NCBI GenBank assembly: GCA_049521435.1 | Contig: JBEKOU010000006.1 | Span: forward strand, 10,943 to 74,942 | DNA from: Candidatus Dormibacteria bacterium | Lineage (GTDB): Bacteria > Chloroflexota > Dormibacteria > Aeolococcales > Aeolococcaceae | Length of the DNA stretch: 64,000 bases | Direction: 5' to 3' | In this document: in pieces, positions 17,492 through 26,643 of the stretch | Layout: each line of letters starts with the position of its first letter | Numbering within the stretch: position 1 is the stretch's first letter | Translations under genes and position numbers: made by a program | Notes under the pieces: model-generated | Database searches by the model: none | What the model saw: the letters and a program-made list of their open reading frames with translations, nothing else | Told to the model about the DNA's origin: nothing

Positions 17492-18157
17492 ATGCGCCAG
17501 GGCATCGCCAGGGTGAGGTCCGCCGCGATCGCCGCGGCCGCGCTCACCGCCGCCTGCGGCAGTGTGGGCCTGGCATCCGAGACACCGGCTCAGATCTACC
17601 AGGCGGCCGCGTCGGCCACCGCCCAGGTGAGCGGGTACGAGGCGACGGGCGAGGTCGCGGTCGCAGGCGCCGACGTCACCTTCGACTTCAAGGTGCACGG
17701 GAGCGACTTCGCCGGGTCCTTTGTCCTGGACGGGAACAGCATCCAGGTGCTGGCGGTCAGGGGCACCTTCTACATCGACGCACCGGAGGCCGCCCTGGCC
17801 ACCGATTTCGGCATCTCCAGCGTGGAGGCGGCGCTGCTCGCCGGCCGGTGGGTGGAGGTGCCCAAGTCGGAGTCCGCCGACTTCACGGACCTGACCTCGG
17901 TGACCGACATCGCGGCGCAGCTCGCCCACCACGGCTCCCTGACCGCCGGGGGGACCGCGGTCACCGACGGACAGCAGGTCGTGCTGGTCCACGACGGCAG
18001 CGACAGCGTGCTGGCGGTGGCGACCTCTGGTCCCGCCTACCCGGTCCGGATCACCGCCACGGGATCGGGCGCGGGCCATGCCGACTTCTCGCACTGGAAC
18101 GTCATCGCGGCAGTCACCGCTCCACCGAACCCGATCATCCTCCCCGGATCATCCTGA
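17492..18157 (+). CDS. Lipoprotein, paralog A of a tandem pair
   Basis: Trimmed to MRQGIARVRSAAIAAAALTAACGS (lipobox). Colinear similarity with the 18329..19027 product. Confidence 0.75.
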   Translation: MRQGIARVRSAAIAAAALTAACGSVGLASETPAQIYQAAASATAQVSGYEATGEVAVAGADVTFDFKVHGSDFAGSFVLDGNSIQVLAVRGTFYIDAPEAALATDFGISSVEAALLAGRWVEVPKSESADFTDLTSVTDIAAQLAHHGSLTAGGTAVTDGQQVVLVHDGSDSVLAVATSGPAYPVRITATGSGAGHADFSHWNVIAAVTAPPNPIILPGSS

Positions 18158-18328
18158 CCGGCGGCCGGCGTGCTACAGGCCGCATCGCTCAGGCCACTGC
18201 CGTCAGTCCGGCGCGGGGGGAGCTGCCCAGGCAGCCCCCAAATCGGTCGCCGGCCCAGCGTAGACTGCCAGCGTCGGCGGTGATCGTCCTGGGCACGGCC
18301 GGACCGTCGGCGGCGGAGGCAAGGACCG

Positions 18329-19027
18329 ATGTCTGAGCACACCAGGTGGGCGGGCGTGGCTGCTGCTGCCGCCACGATCGCGGTCATGGCTGCCGGCTGC
18401 GGCAACGGCAGCAGCAGCGGCAGCGGCAGCAACAGTCTCGCTTCGAAGACGCCTTCCCAGATCGTGGCGGCCGCGGAGTCGGCCATCAAGGGCGCGACCA
18501 GCTACGAGATCAGCGGTTCCGGCACCACCAGCACCGGTGTCACGAGTTTCGACCTCAAGGTGGTGAACGCGGACATCAGCGGCTCGTTCGTGCTGAACGG
18601 CGCCACCATCGCCATGGTGGAGGTGGCCAGCAACATCTACATCAAAGCTCCGGCGTCGTTCTACACCGCTGCGGGTGCTTCCGCCGCCGGTGCCGGGCTG
18701 CTCGGGAGCGCCTGGGTGGAAATCCCAGCCAGCTCCTCGTATGCCAGTGACTTCTCCAGCCTCTCGAGCATCACCGACCTCACATCGAAGCTGTCGTCGA
18801 CCACGGACACTTTCACGTCGGACGGCACCGGAAACGTCGACGGCCAGTCGGTCGTCTTCCTGAAGGACGCCACGAACGGAGACGTCGTCGCGATCGCCAC
18901 CTCGGGCCCCGCCTACCCCCTGCAGGTGAAGGAGACCGGCGGCTCCACGGCCGGAACCTACGACCTGTCCAACTGGAACAGCGTCGCCACCTTCACCGCG
19001 CCGCCGAACCCGGTGACGCTCCCCTGA
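18329..19027 (+). CDS. Lipoprotein, paralog B of a tandem pair
   Basis: Lipobox VMAAGCG. Shine-Dalgarno ggaggcaagg. Shares FD.KV...SGSFVL.G, WVE.P, ATSGPAYP and TAPPNP..LP with paralog A. Confidence 0.8.
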   Translation: MSEHTRWAGVAAAAATIAVMAAGCGNGSSSGSGSNSLASKTPSQIVAAAESAIKGATSYEISGSGTTSTGVTSFDLKVVNADISGSFVLNGATIAMVEVASNIYIKAPASFYTAAGASAAGAGLLGSAWVEIPASSSYASDFSSLSSITDLTSKLSSTTDTFTSDGTGNVDGQSVVFLKDATNGDVVAIATSGPAYPLQVKETGGSTAGTYDLSNWNSVATFTAPPNPVTLP

Positions 19028-19073
19028 GCTGCGCCCGACCTCGGCGGTGCCAGGCCGGGTGGAAGCTTGCTGG

Positions 19074-19910
19074 TCAGGCCGCCGCCGTCACTCCGGCGGA
19101 GGGTGCGCCATCCAGGAAGGTGGCGATGGCTTCGAGCTGGCCGCGGATGAATCCCTCGTTCCAGCCATGCCCCGCATCGTCGATGCATGCGTAGCGGACC
19201 CGCGGCATCCCCTCCACCAGGTGCTGGAGAGCGGCGCGGCGGAGGAGACGATCGTCGCCGGCGACGATGACCAGGCTCTGTCCCAGATGCCGGGCGAGGA
19301 TGGGGGCGTCATGGCGGCGGAGGCCGCTCCGCAGCCACTCCTTCTGAGCGCGGTGGGATGCCCGCTGCTGGTTGCGGAAGTTCATCTCGGCCTGGCCCGA
19401 GTCGACATCGGCACCCTCCACCATCAGGCGCTTGTAGAGGTCGCTCACCACGCGGCGCTGGGAGAGCCAGCTGATCGCCGGGAAGACCGGCCCCGAGGTC
19501 ATCACCGTGGCCTGGACGTGGAAGCTGGCCCGGACCACCGACGGATCCACCAGCGGGGTGTGGAGGATCAGATGGTCCACCCGCTGTGGCCATCGGGCCA
19601 GGTACTCGAAAGCGACCCCCGCGCCGAGGCAGAGACCTCCGAGATCAAACCGGTCCAGCCCCAGAGCCTCGACGAGCGGCTCGAGCGATCGGGCGAGCGC
19701 CGCGCAGGTGTGGCGGCCGGGCAGCGGGGGGCTCTCCCCGCACCCGGGAAGGTCAGGGACGATCAGCGTTCGGCGCCGGCCCACATCTTCGAACCAGGCC
19801 TGGAAGTTCTCCGCGGAGCCCAGCCACCCGTGGCAGAGGAGAAGCGGCGGGCCGTCTCCGCCGATCAGGTAGCGGAGCCGTCGGGGCGAGTCGAGAAAGC
19901 GCTCCTCCAC
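19074..19910 (-). CDS. Alpha/beta-fold hydrolase with Cys at the nucleophile elbow
   Basis: LLLCHGWLGS, PDLPGCGES, nucleophile elbow GGLCLGAG (G-x-C-x-G instead of G-x-S-x-G), AGDD, DDAGHGW. Confidence 0.85.
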   Translation of the reverse strand: MEERFLDSPRRLRYLIGGDGPPLLLCHGWLGSAENFQAWFEDVGRRRTLIVPDLPGCGESPPLPGRHTCAALARSLEPLVEALGLDRFDLGGLCLGAGVAFEYLARWPQRVDHLILHTPLVDPSVVRASFHVQATVMTSGPVFPAISWLSQRRVVSDLYKRLMVEGADVDSGQAEMNFRNQQRASHRAQKEWLRSGLRRHDAPILARHLGQSLVIVAGDDRLLRRAALQHLVEGMPRVRYACIDDAGHGWNEGFIRGQLEAIATFLDGAPSAGVTAAA

Positions 19911-19940
19911 GGGATCAGGCGCCCCGCTCGGAGGGTGCGT

Positions 19941-21278
19941 TCACGCTCCCGCCGCCTCCAGCGACGCTTCCAGGGTGTCGAGGCCCTGGGTCAGCTCCTC
20001 CTCGGTGAGGGTGAGCGGCGGGATCAGCCGGATCACGTTCTCGTCGAGCCCGCAGCTGAGCACGAGCAGGTTCCGATCGACGGCGGCCTGGATGATCCGC
20101 TGGGTCAGCTCCGGAGCGGGACGGCCGTCCTCCATGAATTCGAGGCCGATCATGAATCCGCGGCCGCGCACGTCGCCGAGCCGCGGATGATCGGCTCGCC
20201 AGCCGCGAGCCCGCTCCAGGATCCGCTCGCCGAGTGCTGCCGCCCGCTCCGGGAGCCGCTCGCTGCGGAGTGTTTCGATGACCGCCACCGCGGCGGCACA
20301 GGCGACCGGGTTGCCGCCATAGGTGGACCCGTGCTCGCCCGAGTGCCACTGGGACATCACCGAGGCCTTGGCGACCATCGCTCCGATCGGCAGCCCGTTG
20401 CCCAGCCCCTTGGCGACGCACATGATGTCGGGCACCACGCCGTCGTGCTCGACGGCAAACATGCGGCCGGTGCGGCCGAAGCCGGTCTGCACCTCGTCGG
20501 CGACCAGCAGGATGCCGTGGGCGTCGCAGGTCTCCCGCAGCTTGCGCAAGAAGCCGCTGGGGGGCACCACGTAGCCACCCTCGCCCTGGATCGGCTCGAC
20601 CACGATGGCAGCCACGGACTCGGGCGGCACGACGGTCTGGAAGAGGAGGTCGAGGTCCTTCCCGGCCGCGATCGGGCAGGGCTCCCCGGGGCCGTGGCTG
20701 CACATGCGGAAGCAGTACGGATAGCGGACGTGGTGGACCCCGGGGAGGAAGGGGCCCATCTGCACGCGGTACTTGGCCCGGCTGGCGGTGAGGGTCACGG
20801 CACCGTACGTCCTGCCGTGGAAGGCGCCCAGGAAGGCGATGATCTCGCTGCGGCCGGTGGCGCGGCGGGCCAGCTTCAGCGCAGCCTCGACCGCCTCCGC
20901 GCCGCTGTTGCCGAAGAAGACGGAGTTGAGCCCGGGGGGTGTGACGCTCACCAGCGCCTCGGCGGCCGCGACGAGCTGGGGATGGTGGGCGGTGCCCGAG
21001 ACGTGCCAGAGCCGGTCGACCTGCTCATGCACCGCGCGCATCACCGCGGGGTGGCGGTGCCCGAGGTTGGTCACCCCGATGCCGCACGTGAAGTCGAGCA
21101 CCGAGCGCCCATCGAGGGTGTGCAGCCAGGCTCCCTCGGCCGTGTCCACGACGAGGTCGCTGGACCGGCCGAAGGCCGGCGATATCAGCTCGCGGTCCTT
21201 CTCGAGGAGGGTGGCGATGGACAGGCGGCTGTCGACGATGGGTCGATTCAACGGACCAGCTCCAGGTGACAGGACCAC
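19941..21278 (-). CDS. Class III PLP aminotransferase (GabT/ArgD-like)
   Basis: GSGAEAVEAALKLAR, DEVQTGFGRTGRMFA, VAKGLGNGLPIGA. Confidence 0.9.
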   Translation of the reverse strand: MVLSPGAGPLNRPIVDSRLSIATLLEKDRELISPAFGRSSDLVVDTAEGAWLHTLDGRSVLDFTCGIGVTNLGHRHPAVMRAVHEQVDRLWHVSGTAHHPQLVAAAEALVSVTPPGLNSVFFGNSGAEAVEAALKLARRATGRSEIIAFLGAFHGRTYGAVTLTASRAKYRVQMGPFLPGVHHVRYPYCFRMCSHGPGEPCPIAAGKDLDLLFQTVVPPESVAAIVVEPIQGEGGYVVPPSGFLRKLRETCDAHGILLVADEVQTGFGRTGRMFAVEHDGVVPDIMCVAKGLGNGLPIGAMVAKASVMSQWHSGEHGSTYGGNPVACAAAVAVIETLRSERLPERAAALGERILERARGWRADHPRLGDVRGRGFMIGLEFMEDGRPAPELTQRIIQAAVDRNLLVLSCGLDENVIRLIPPLTLTEEELTQGLDTLEASLEAAGA

Positions 21279-21287
21279 GGCGGGGGG

Positions 21288-22055
21288 TCAGGACGCGCTG
21301 ACGCCTTCCCGGGGGAGGTTACTCCTCCCTGGGGAGCGCAGGCGGAGCCCGCCCAGGGAGAGGAATCCGGCGAACATCACCGCCATCCCGATGGCCTCAT
21401 AGCCACCGAGGTAGTCGAGGGAGCTGAGCGTGCAGTGGCCGGTGGCGGTGCTGATCTTGGCGGCGCTGAAGCCGGCGGCGATCACCAGCGCGCCGGCGGT
21501 GAGCAGGACGTTGCAGACGATCCGGTCGAGGTGGGTACGCCGGCGGACGAAGCGCCACCCCGACCAGGCGGCACCGCCGGCGAAGACCACGGTCCCGATG
21601 ATGTTGAAGATGACCGCGGCGAGAGCGACCGGCGCCAGCGAACCGAAGGCTCCACTGAAGGCGCCGCAGGGCGTGGCCAGGCTGGCTGGGTTGACGGGGG
21701 CGATGAAGGCGTCCACCGCAACCACCGCGGTGAGGACGCCGAGGACCAGGGTGCTCACCTCTGCCACTCGGCGCGGGACGAGCAGGCAAAGGGTGCCGAG
21801 TGCGAGATAGATCACGCCGAGGTCTCCGCCCAGGAGGTAGAAGAGCCGGAAGAGGAGGACGTGATCCTCGAATCCCTGCGTCTCCCCCAGCGATTGGGCG
21901 GTCGCCGCAGTGGCGAAGATGAGCAGGCCCAAGGTCCAGAAAGCGAACTCGGGGCGGCGGCCCCTGAGCCACCGAGCGGCCACCACAAGGGCAAACGCGA
22001 AGCTCAGGAAGGCGGCGAGACCGGCAAGGTCGTCCACGGGCCGTGTCGATAGCAC
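21288..22055 (-). CDS. Polytopic membrane protein, unknown function
   Basis: 255 aa with ~7 hydrophobic segments. First gene of the membrane protein/aminotransferase/hydrolase string. Confidence 0.6.
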   Translation of the reverse strand: MLSTRPVDDLAGLAAFLSFAFALVVAARWLRGRRPEFAFWTLGLLIFATAATAQSLGETQGFEDHVLLFRLFYLLGGDLGVIYLALGTLCLLVPRRVAEVSTLVLGVLTAVVAVDAFIAPVNPASLATPCGAFSGAFGSLAPVALAAVIFNIIGTVVFAGGAAWSGWRFVRRRTHLDRIVCNVLLTAGALVIAAGFSAAKISTATGHCTLSSLDYLGGYEAIGMAVMFAGFLSLGGLRLRSPGRSNLPREGVSAS

Positions 22056-22197
22056 ACTGGTGGCGGCGATCGCTACTTCCTCGCCGCGACGAGGGCGCGG
22101 AGGGGGCTCATTGGGGCTGGCTGGAACGTGTCAAACCCCGGAAGCTGTGGCATCATGAGTCGCGTCTTCGACGGGCTGAGAGGGGTTTCGGGGGCGG

Positions 22198-22983
22198 ATG
22201 CCTAGCAACCGAGTGCGTCGGCGTATCCTGGGAACGTCAATTCCTGAATTCAACTCACCACGCGTGCCCCCCATGCCCGACCCGGTCGACCCCAAGCGCG
22301 CACCCGACGAGTCCGGAGACCTGCCGATCGACCTGGTCGGATGGGCGACAGGCCATCGCCTCACGGCGGAGGAACCGGTCAGCCCGGAGCTGGCCCGGGA
22401 GCTTCTGTCGACGGCACTCGGCATCCGGCCGGCTCAGCTCGCCGGACTGAGCGACACCGACATCGCGGCCGGGCTGGAGCGGCTGCGCGCCCTGGTGCGC
22501 CAGATCCAGCGGCTCTCCGCGGCGGCAGCGGTCGACGATCTCACCGGAGCGCTGCGCCGGGGTGCCGGCCTCCAGGCGCTGACCCGCGAGATCGCGCGCT
22601 TCCTCCGCTTCGGGGGCAAGGGTGTTGCCGTGATCTTCATCGACGTCGATGGCCTCAAGCGCATCAATGACTCTGAAGGTCACGCTGCCGGAGACACCCT
22701 GCTCGCTGACGTGGTGGCTGCCATCCGCGAGCGGTTGCGCGCCTACGACCTGGTGATCCGCTGGGGCGGGGACGAGTTCGTCTGCGTCCTCCCCGATGCC
22801 ACCCGCGAAGAGGCGGAGCGAACCCTCGCAGACATCGAGCAGCACGTTCGCGACCGCACCTCGGGCCGCTCGGTGAGCAGTGGCCTGGCTTCGCTGGAGA
22901 GCGGTGACACCGCCGCCGCCCTGGTCGACCGCGCCGACCAAGCCCTCTATGCCCGGCGCGAGGTGCTCCGCGCCAAGGTCTGA
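22198..22983 (+). CDS. Diguanylate cyclase (intact GGDEF domain)
   Basis: DDLTGALRRGAG...IFIDVDGLKRINDSEGHAAGD...RWGGDEFVCVL. Start uncertain (alternative ATG 22273). Confidence 0.85.
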   Translation: MPSNRVRRRILGTSIPEFNSPRVPPMPDPVDPKRAPDESGDLPIDLVGWATGHRLTAEEPVSPELARELLSTALGIRPAQLAGLSDTDIAAGLERLRALVRQIQRLSAAAAVDDLTGALRRGAGLQALTREIARFLRFGGKGVAVIFIDVDGLKRINDSEGHAAGDTLLADVVAAIRERLRAYDLVIRWGGDEFVCVLPDATREEAERTLADIEQHVRDRTSGRSVSSGLASLESGDTAAALVDRADQALYARREVLRAKV

Positions 22984-23052
22984 GGCTCAGCCATCCGGGC
23001 GAGGACCCGGATGGTCACCGCCGCCCGGGGTGATCAACCGGGACGAGCCGAT

Positions 23053-23493
23053 CTAGATGGTGATGCGGGCCTCGGCGGGGCCAGGCTCGCGGGCGATCTG
23101 TTCCCGGAGCAGCGATACCATCGTCTGGAAGTCGGCGGGCTTGAGGAGGAGGGTCACCCTGGGGAGGGTCAGCGCCTCCTGGAGCCGCAGGTTGCGGGGG
23201 TCGATGGCCGTGTGGAGGATCACGGGCACGTCCCCGCAGAGCGGGTGGCTGCGCACCTTGCGGCAGAGGTCCAGCCCGTCCTCGCCGCGCAGCCGGAAAT
23301 CGGCGAGGATCACGTCGGGCTCGAATGTCTCGAGCGCCGCCTCGAGGCCGTTGGTGTCGGTGACCAGGCTCACCTCGAAGCCCCCCTGGGGGAGGACGTC
23401 GCGGAGAAGCCCGCCCAGGTAGCGATGGTCCTCGACGACCAGAACACGCGGTGCTCGGCCCAGCCGAGGACGCGGGATGGTCCCACTGGTCAC
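23053..23493 (-). CDS. Stand-alone response-regulator receiver domain protein
   Basis: RVLVVEDHR...PDVILADFRLRGEDGLDL...LLKP. GTG 23493 chosen because GGAGG lies 8 nt upstream. Confidence 0.8.
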   Translation of the reverse strand: MTSGTIPRPRLGRAPRVLVVEDHRYLGGLLRDVLPQGGFEVSLVTDTNGLEAALETFEPDVILADFRLRGEDGLDLCRKVRSHPLCGDVPVILHTAIDPRNLRLQEALTLPRVTLLLKPADFQTMVSLLREQIAREPGPAEARITI

Positions 23494-23620
23494 CTGGTTC
23501 ACCTCCGCGCCAGGGCTTCTCCCGACATAGGGAGAGCCTGCCCTACCAGGGGGCTCGCCGGGAACTCCCCGATGTCCCGTCTCGTCGGGACGTTTGCGTC
23601 TAGGCAGAAGGCTAGGCACT

Positions 23621-23640
23621 GTGATAAAAATTTAGACCCC
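23621..23640 (-). promoter_or_regulatory. Only AT-rich tract in this area (gtgataaaaatttagacccc), candidate promoter for the receiver gene
   Basis: Minus strand reads ggggtcTAAATTTTTATCAC ~130 nt upstream of the receiver start, followed by hairpin GTCCCG-N6-CGGGAC at 23574..23591. Confidence 0.3.
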
Positions 23641-23668
23641 TTTTGCCTCGCCGCCAAGCCACAAGATC

Positions 23669-24631
23669 TCAACGGGTCACCCAGTACAGGCCAAAAAGCG
23701 CGATCGCGACAACCGCGAGGTGCTCGGCGACGCTGGAGAGGCGCCGCGGGGGGATCACGGCGCCGGCCACCATGCCGCGCACCCCGTACCAGATCACGAG
23801 GGTCACAGCGGCGGCAGCGCCCGGGGTGACCACCGCCCCGTCGACCGCGACCATCGCCCCGGTCACGAGCACGGCGGTGAGCGCCGCCAGCGCGACCGTG
23901 TGACGGAGGCGCGTCTCCTCGGTCCGGAGCCCATCCAGGGTGACCAAGCCCACCCCCACCAGGGCGACGGCGACCCGGAGACCGAGCGGCAGGTTCGGGC
24001 TGGCCGAAGCGAGGAGCACGGGGACCAGCACCGCGATGGCGGCGGCGTCGCGGAGGAAGCGGCCTCCCCAGCTGTCCCTGCCGCTGGCCCGGAGCCCGCC
24101 GAGGTGGGGCAGCCCTCCGCAGACGGCGACGGTGACGGCCGCGGCGACCAGCCGGGTACGGATGTCCACAGTGCCGGCGAGAACCAGGGCGAAGGCGCCG
24201 AGGGCCGCCACCGGGAGGGCGATCGCCTCCACCGCCGGCCGGTGCTCCGCCGGGTAGACGAACCGGTCGTAGGCGGCGAGGGCCAGGCCGGTCACGAAAC
24301 AGAGTGCGGTGACGCCGACCACCGAGCCGAGGAGCCCGACAGCTCCGGGCCGGAGTGCGACAGCGACCGCACAGGCCGCCACCCCGAGCGCGGCGTGGAT
24401 GATCGGGAAGGGCACCTCGGCCAGCCGCGGCTCAAGGGAGATCCCCAGAGCCCGCCGCGCCTGATCGGCGTAGTACGCATGACCGCGCACGGCGGCACGC
24501 GTGGGCAGCTCGTTCTGAGGCGGTCTCGCCACACCTCGGCTCCGAGGCGGAGCGTCGCCCGCCGCTCGCCGAGCCGTGTGCCCGCCATCCCGCCCCGGAC
24601 GCTCAGGGGGCAGAGGAGCCCTCGCGGCCAT
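23669..24631 (-). CDS. Polytopic membrane protein, unknown function
   Basis: ~8 hydrophobic segments. Start uncertain: the N-terminal ~60 aa are Arg/Pro-rich and overlap the cupin gene end, so an internal GTG is likely. Confidence 0.55.
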   Translation of the reverse strand: MAARAPLPPERPGRDGGHTARRAAGDAPPRSRGVARPPQNELPTRAAVRGHAYYADQARRALGISLEPRLAEVPFPIIHAALGVAACAVAVALRPGAVGLLGSVVGVTALCFVTGLALAAYDRFVYPAEHRPAVEAIALPVAALGAFALVLAGTVDIRTRLVAAAVTVAVCGGLPHLGGLRASGRDSWGGRFLRDAAAIAVLVPVLLASASPNLPLGLRVAVALVGVGLVTLDGLRTEETRLRHTVALAALTAVLVTGAMVAVDGAVVTPGAAAAVTLVIWYGVRGMVAGAVIPPRRLSSVAEHLAVVAIALFGLYWVTR

Positions 24632-25001
24632 ATCGATCCTCGAGTCTTACGATGTCGTCGATCTCCGGTGAGGAGGCCTCGAAGAGATCGGTCTCGTCCA
24701 CGGCGACGAAGCGATGGCGGCGGCCCGGACGGACGCGCGCGCTCATGCCGGGGGCGAGACGGTGGGTCTCGAGGGTGCCATCGGCGCTCTCGAGCACCAG
24801 GTCCAGAAGGCCCGAGAGGACAAAGATTGATTCGTCCTTCTGGACGTGGTACTGGAGGGAGAGCGCCTGGCCACCCTCGATATGAATGAGCTTGCCCAGG
24901 TAGCGGTCGGTGACCGCCCAGCGCAGCTCGTACCCCCAGGGCTTGTCGACGCGCCCGTGACCGGCGCCGTGGATGCTGGCGGGAAGCGCCGCCTCGTTCA
25001 T
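24603..25001 (-). CDS. Cupin-domain protein resembling the phosphomannose-isomerase barrel
   Basis: KPWGYELRWA...GQALSLQYHVQKDESIFVLSG...HRF. ATGA overlap with the upstream PMM stop. Confidence 0.8.
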   Translation of the reverse strand: MNEAALPASIHGAGHGRVDKPWGYELRWAVTDRYLGKLIHIEGGQALSLQYHVQKDESIFVLSGLLDLVLESADGTLETHRLAPGMSARVRPGRRHRFVAVDETDLFEASSPEIDDIVRLEDRYGREGSSAP

Positions 25002-26452
25002 CGGGCGCCCCCGCCCGGCCGTGGTGACCCGATCCCGACCAACTGCTCCATGGCGGTGAGGAGCTCCTCGACCCGCTCCGGCGATGCCGCTTCCGCGTAC
25101 ACCCTCATCAGCGGCTCGGTTCCGCTCATCCGAACCAGCACCCAGCTGGTGTCAGCGAGGATGAACTTGAAGCCGTCGTCGCTGCGGGTCCCGACCACGG
25201 TGGCACCGGCAATCTCCTCGGGTCGCTGCCCGCGCATCCGCTCCTCCACCTGGTGCTTGCGCTCCTCGTAGTCCTCCCGCTCGAAGCGGATGTCGTGCCG
25301 GGCGTAGCTGTGGGGACCGACCAGGTCAAAGAGGTGCCGGAGCACGCCGGAGAGCGGCATGCCGTAGGCGACCACCATCTCGGCGATAGTGAGACCGGCA
25401 ACGATCCCATCGCGCTCGGGGATGTGGCCCCGGAAGGCGAAACCACCCGACTCCTCGCCGGCGAGGAGGGCGTCGGTCTCGATCATCTTGGGTCCGATGT
25501 ACTTGAAGCCGACAGGGGTCTCGATGACCGGGACGCCGAAGCGCTCGCCGAGCCTGTCCAGCATCACGCCGCTGGTCAGCGACCGGATCAGATGCCCGCG
25601 CAATCCCCGTTTCTCCAGAAGATACATGGCGAGCAGCGCCATCACCTCGAGCTGGGTGACGAAGCGGCCGGTCTCGTCGATGATCCCCACCCGGTCCGAG
25701 TCGCCGTCGTTGGCGATGCAGAGGTCGAATCCCCCGGCCGCCATCTTGGCCATGGCCTCGGGCATGTACTTGCCGATGGGCTCGGGGTGCATGCCCCCGA
25801 AGCCGGGGTTCCGATCGGAGTGCAGCTCGGTCACCGAGGTCTTGCCGCCCGCGACCGCAGCCCGGATCAGACCCATCCCAGCGCCGTACATTGGCTCATG
25901 GAGGATGCGCAGCCCGGCGTCGCGCAGCCGCTGTAGATCGACGAGACGGCCCACCTGCCGGAGGTAGTCCGGGATCGGATCCACCACCTGCACCCTGCCG
26001 CTCGCCTGCGCCTCCTCGAACGGGACGGCGAGCACCCCCTCCTCGAGGGCTCGGCGGGTGTGCATCTCCAGCTGCTCCACCACCTCGGGGGCGGCGGAAC
26101 CCCCGTAGTCGGGCTTGTACTTGAGTCCGTTGAACTCGGCTGGGTTGTGACTGGCGGTGACGGCCACGGCGCCCGCCTGATGGCGCTCGACGACCGTCCA
26201 GGTGATGGTGGGCGTGGGCACCGGATGGTCGAGCAGGAGAACGTTCTTTCCGTTGGCGGCGAGCACCCGAGCCACCTCGCGGGCAAAGAGCTCCGCCGAG
26301 AAACGGGTGTCGTGGCCGACCACCACACCCCGGGTGTCCCCCTCCAGATACCAGGCCACCCCCTGGGCGACGGCGCGGACTCTCTCGTAGGTGAAGTCGT
26401 CGGCGACGACGGCGCGCCACCCGTCGGTGCCGAAGTTGATGGGCAAGGTCAT
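24998..26452 (-). CDS. Phosphomannomutase/phosphoglucomutase
   Basis: FGTDGWRAVV. Active-site loop TASHNPAEFNGLKY. Mg loop ANDGDSDR. Trimmed to MTLPINFG. Confidence 0.9.
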   Translation of the reverse strand: MTLPINFGTDGWRAVVADDFTYERVRAVAQGVAWYLEGDTRGVVVGHDTRFSAELFAREVARVLAANGKNVLLLDHPVPTPTITWTVVERHQAGAVAVTASHNPAEFNGLKYKPDYGGSAAPEVVEQLEMHTRRALEEGVLAVPFEEAQASGRVQVVDPIPDYLRQVGRLVDLQRLRDAGLRILHEPMYGAGMGLIRAAVAGGKTSVTELHSDRNPGFGGMHPEPIGKYMPEAMAKMAAGGFDLCIANDGDSDRVGIIDETGRFVTQLEVMALLAMYLLEKRGLRGHLIRSLTSGVMLDRLGERFGVPVIETPVGFKYIGPKMIETDALLAGEESGGFAFRGHIPERDGIVAGLTIAEMVVAYGMPLSGVLRHLFDLVGPHSYARHDIRFEREDYEERKHQVEERMRGQRPEEIAGATVVGTRSDDGFKFILADTSWVLVRMSGTEPLMRVYAEAASPERVEELLTAMEQLVGIGSPRPGGGAR

Positions 26453-26557
26453 GGGCAGCCATTGTGCCCCGAGCGGCGGGCGGCGCGGGGTTGCGCGCCC
26501 CACGCCTTCTCACAGGGGCTCGCCGCCCCTCGCCGGCGCGGCAGAGCCGCGCTCGGC

Positions 26558-26643
26558 TCACCCCGCCATCACAGGGCGGCCCGGCCCAGCCGGGCTCGCC
26601 TCACCCCGCCATCACAGTGCGGCCCGGCCCAGCCAGGCTGCGA
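26558..26643. repeat. 43-bp tandem direct duplication (2 copies, 2 mismatches in the first 39 nt)
   Basis: tcaccccgccatcacagGgcggcccggcccagccGggct then tcaccccgccatcacagTgcggcccggcccagccAggct. Copy 2 contains the last codons and the stop of the ATP-grasp gene. Confidence 0.85.
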
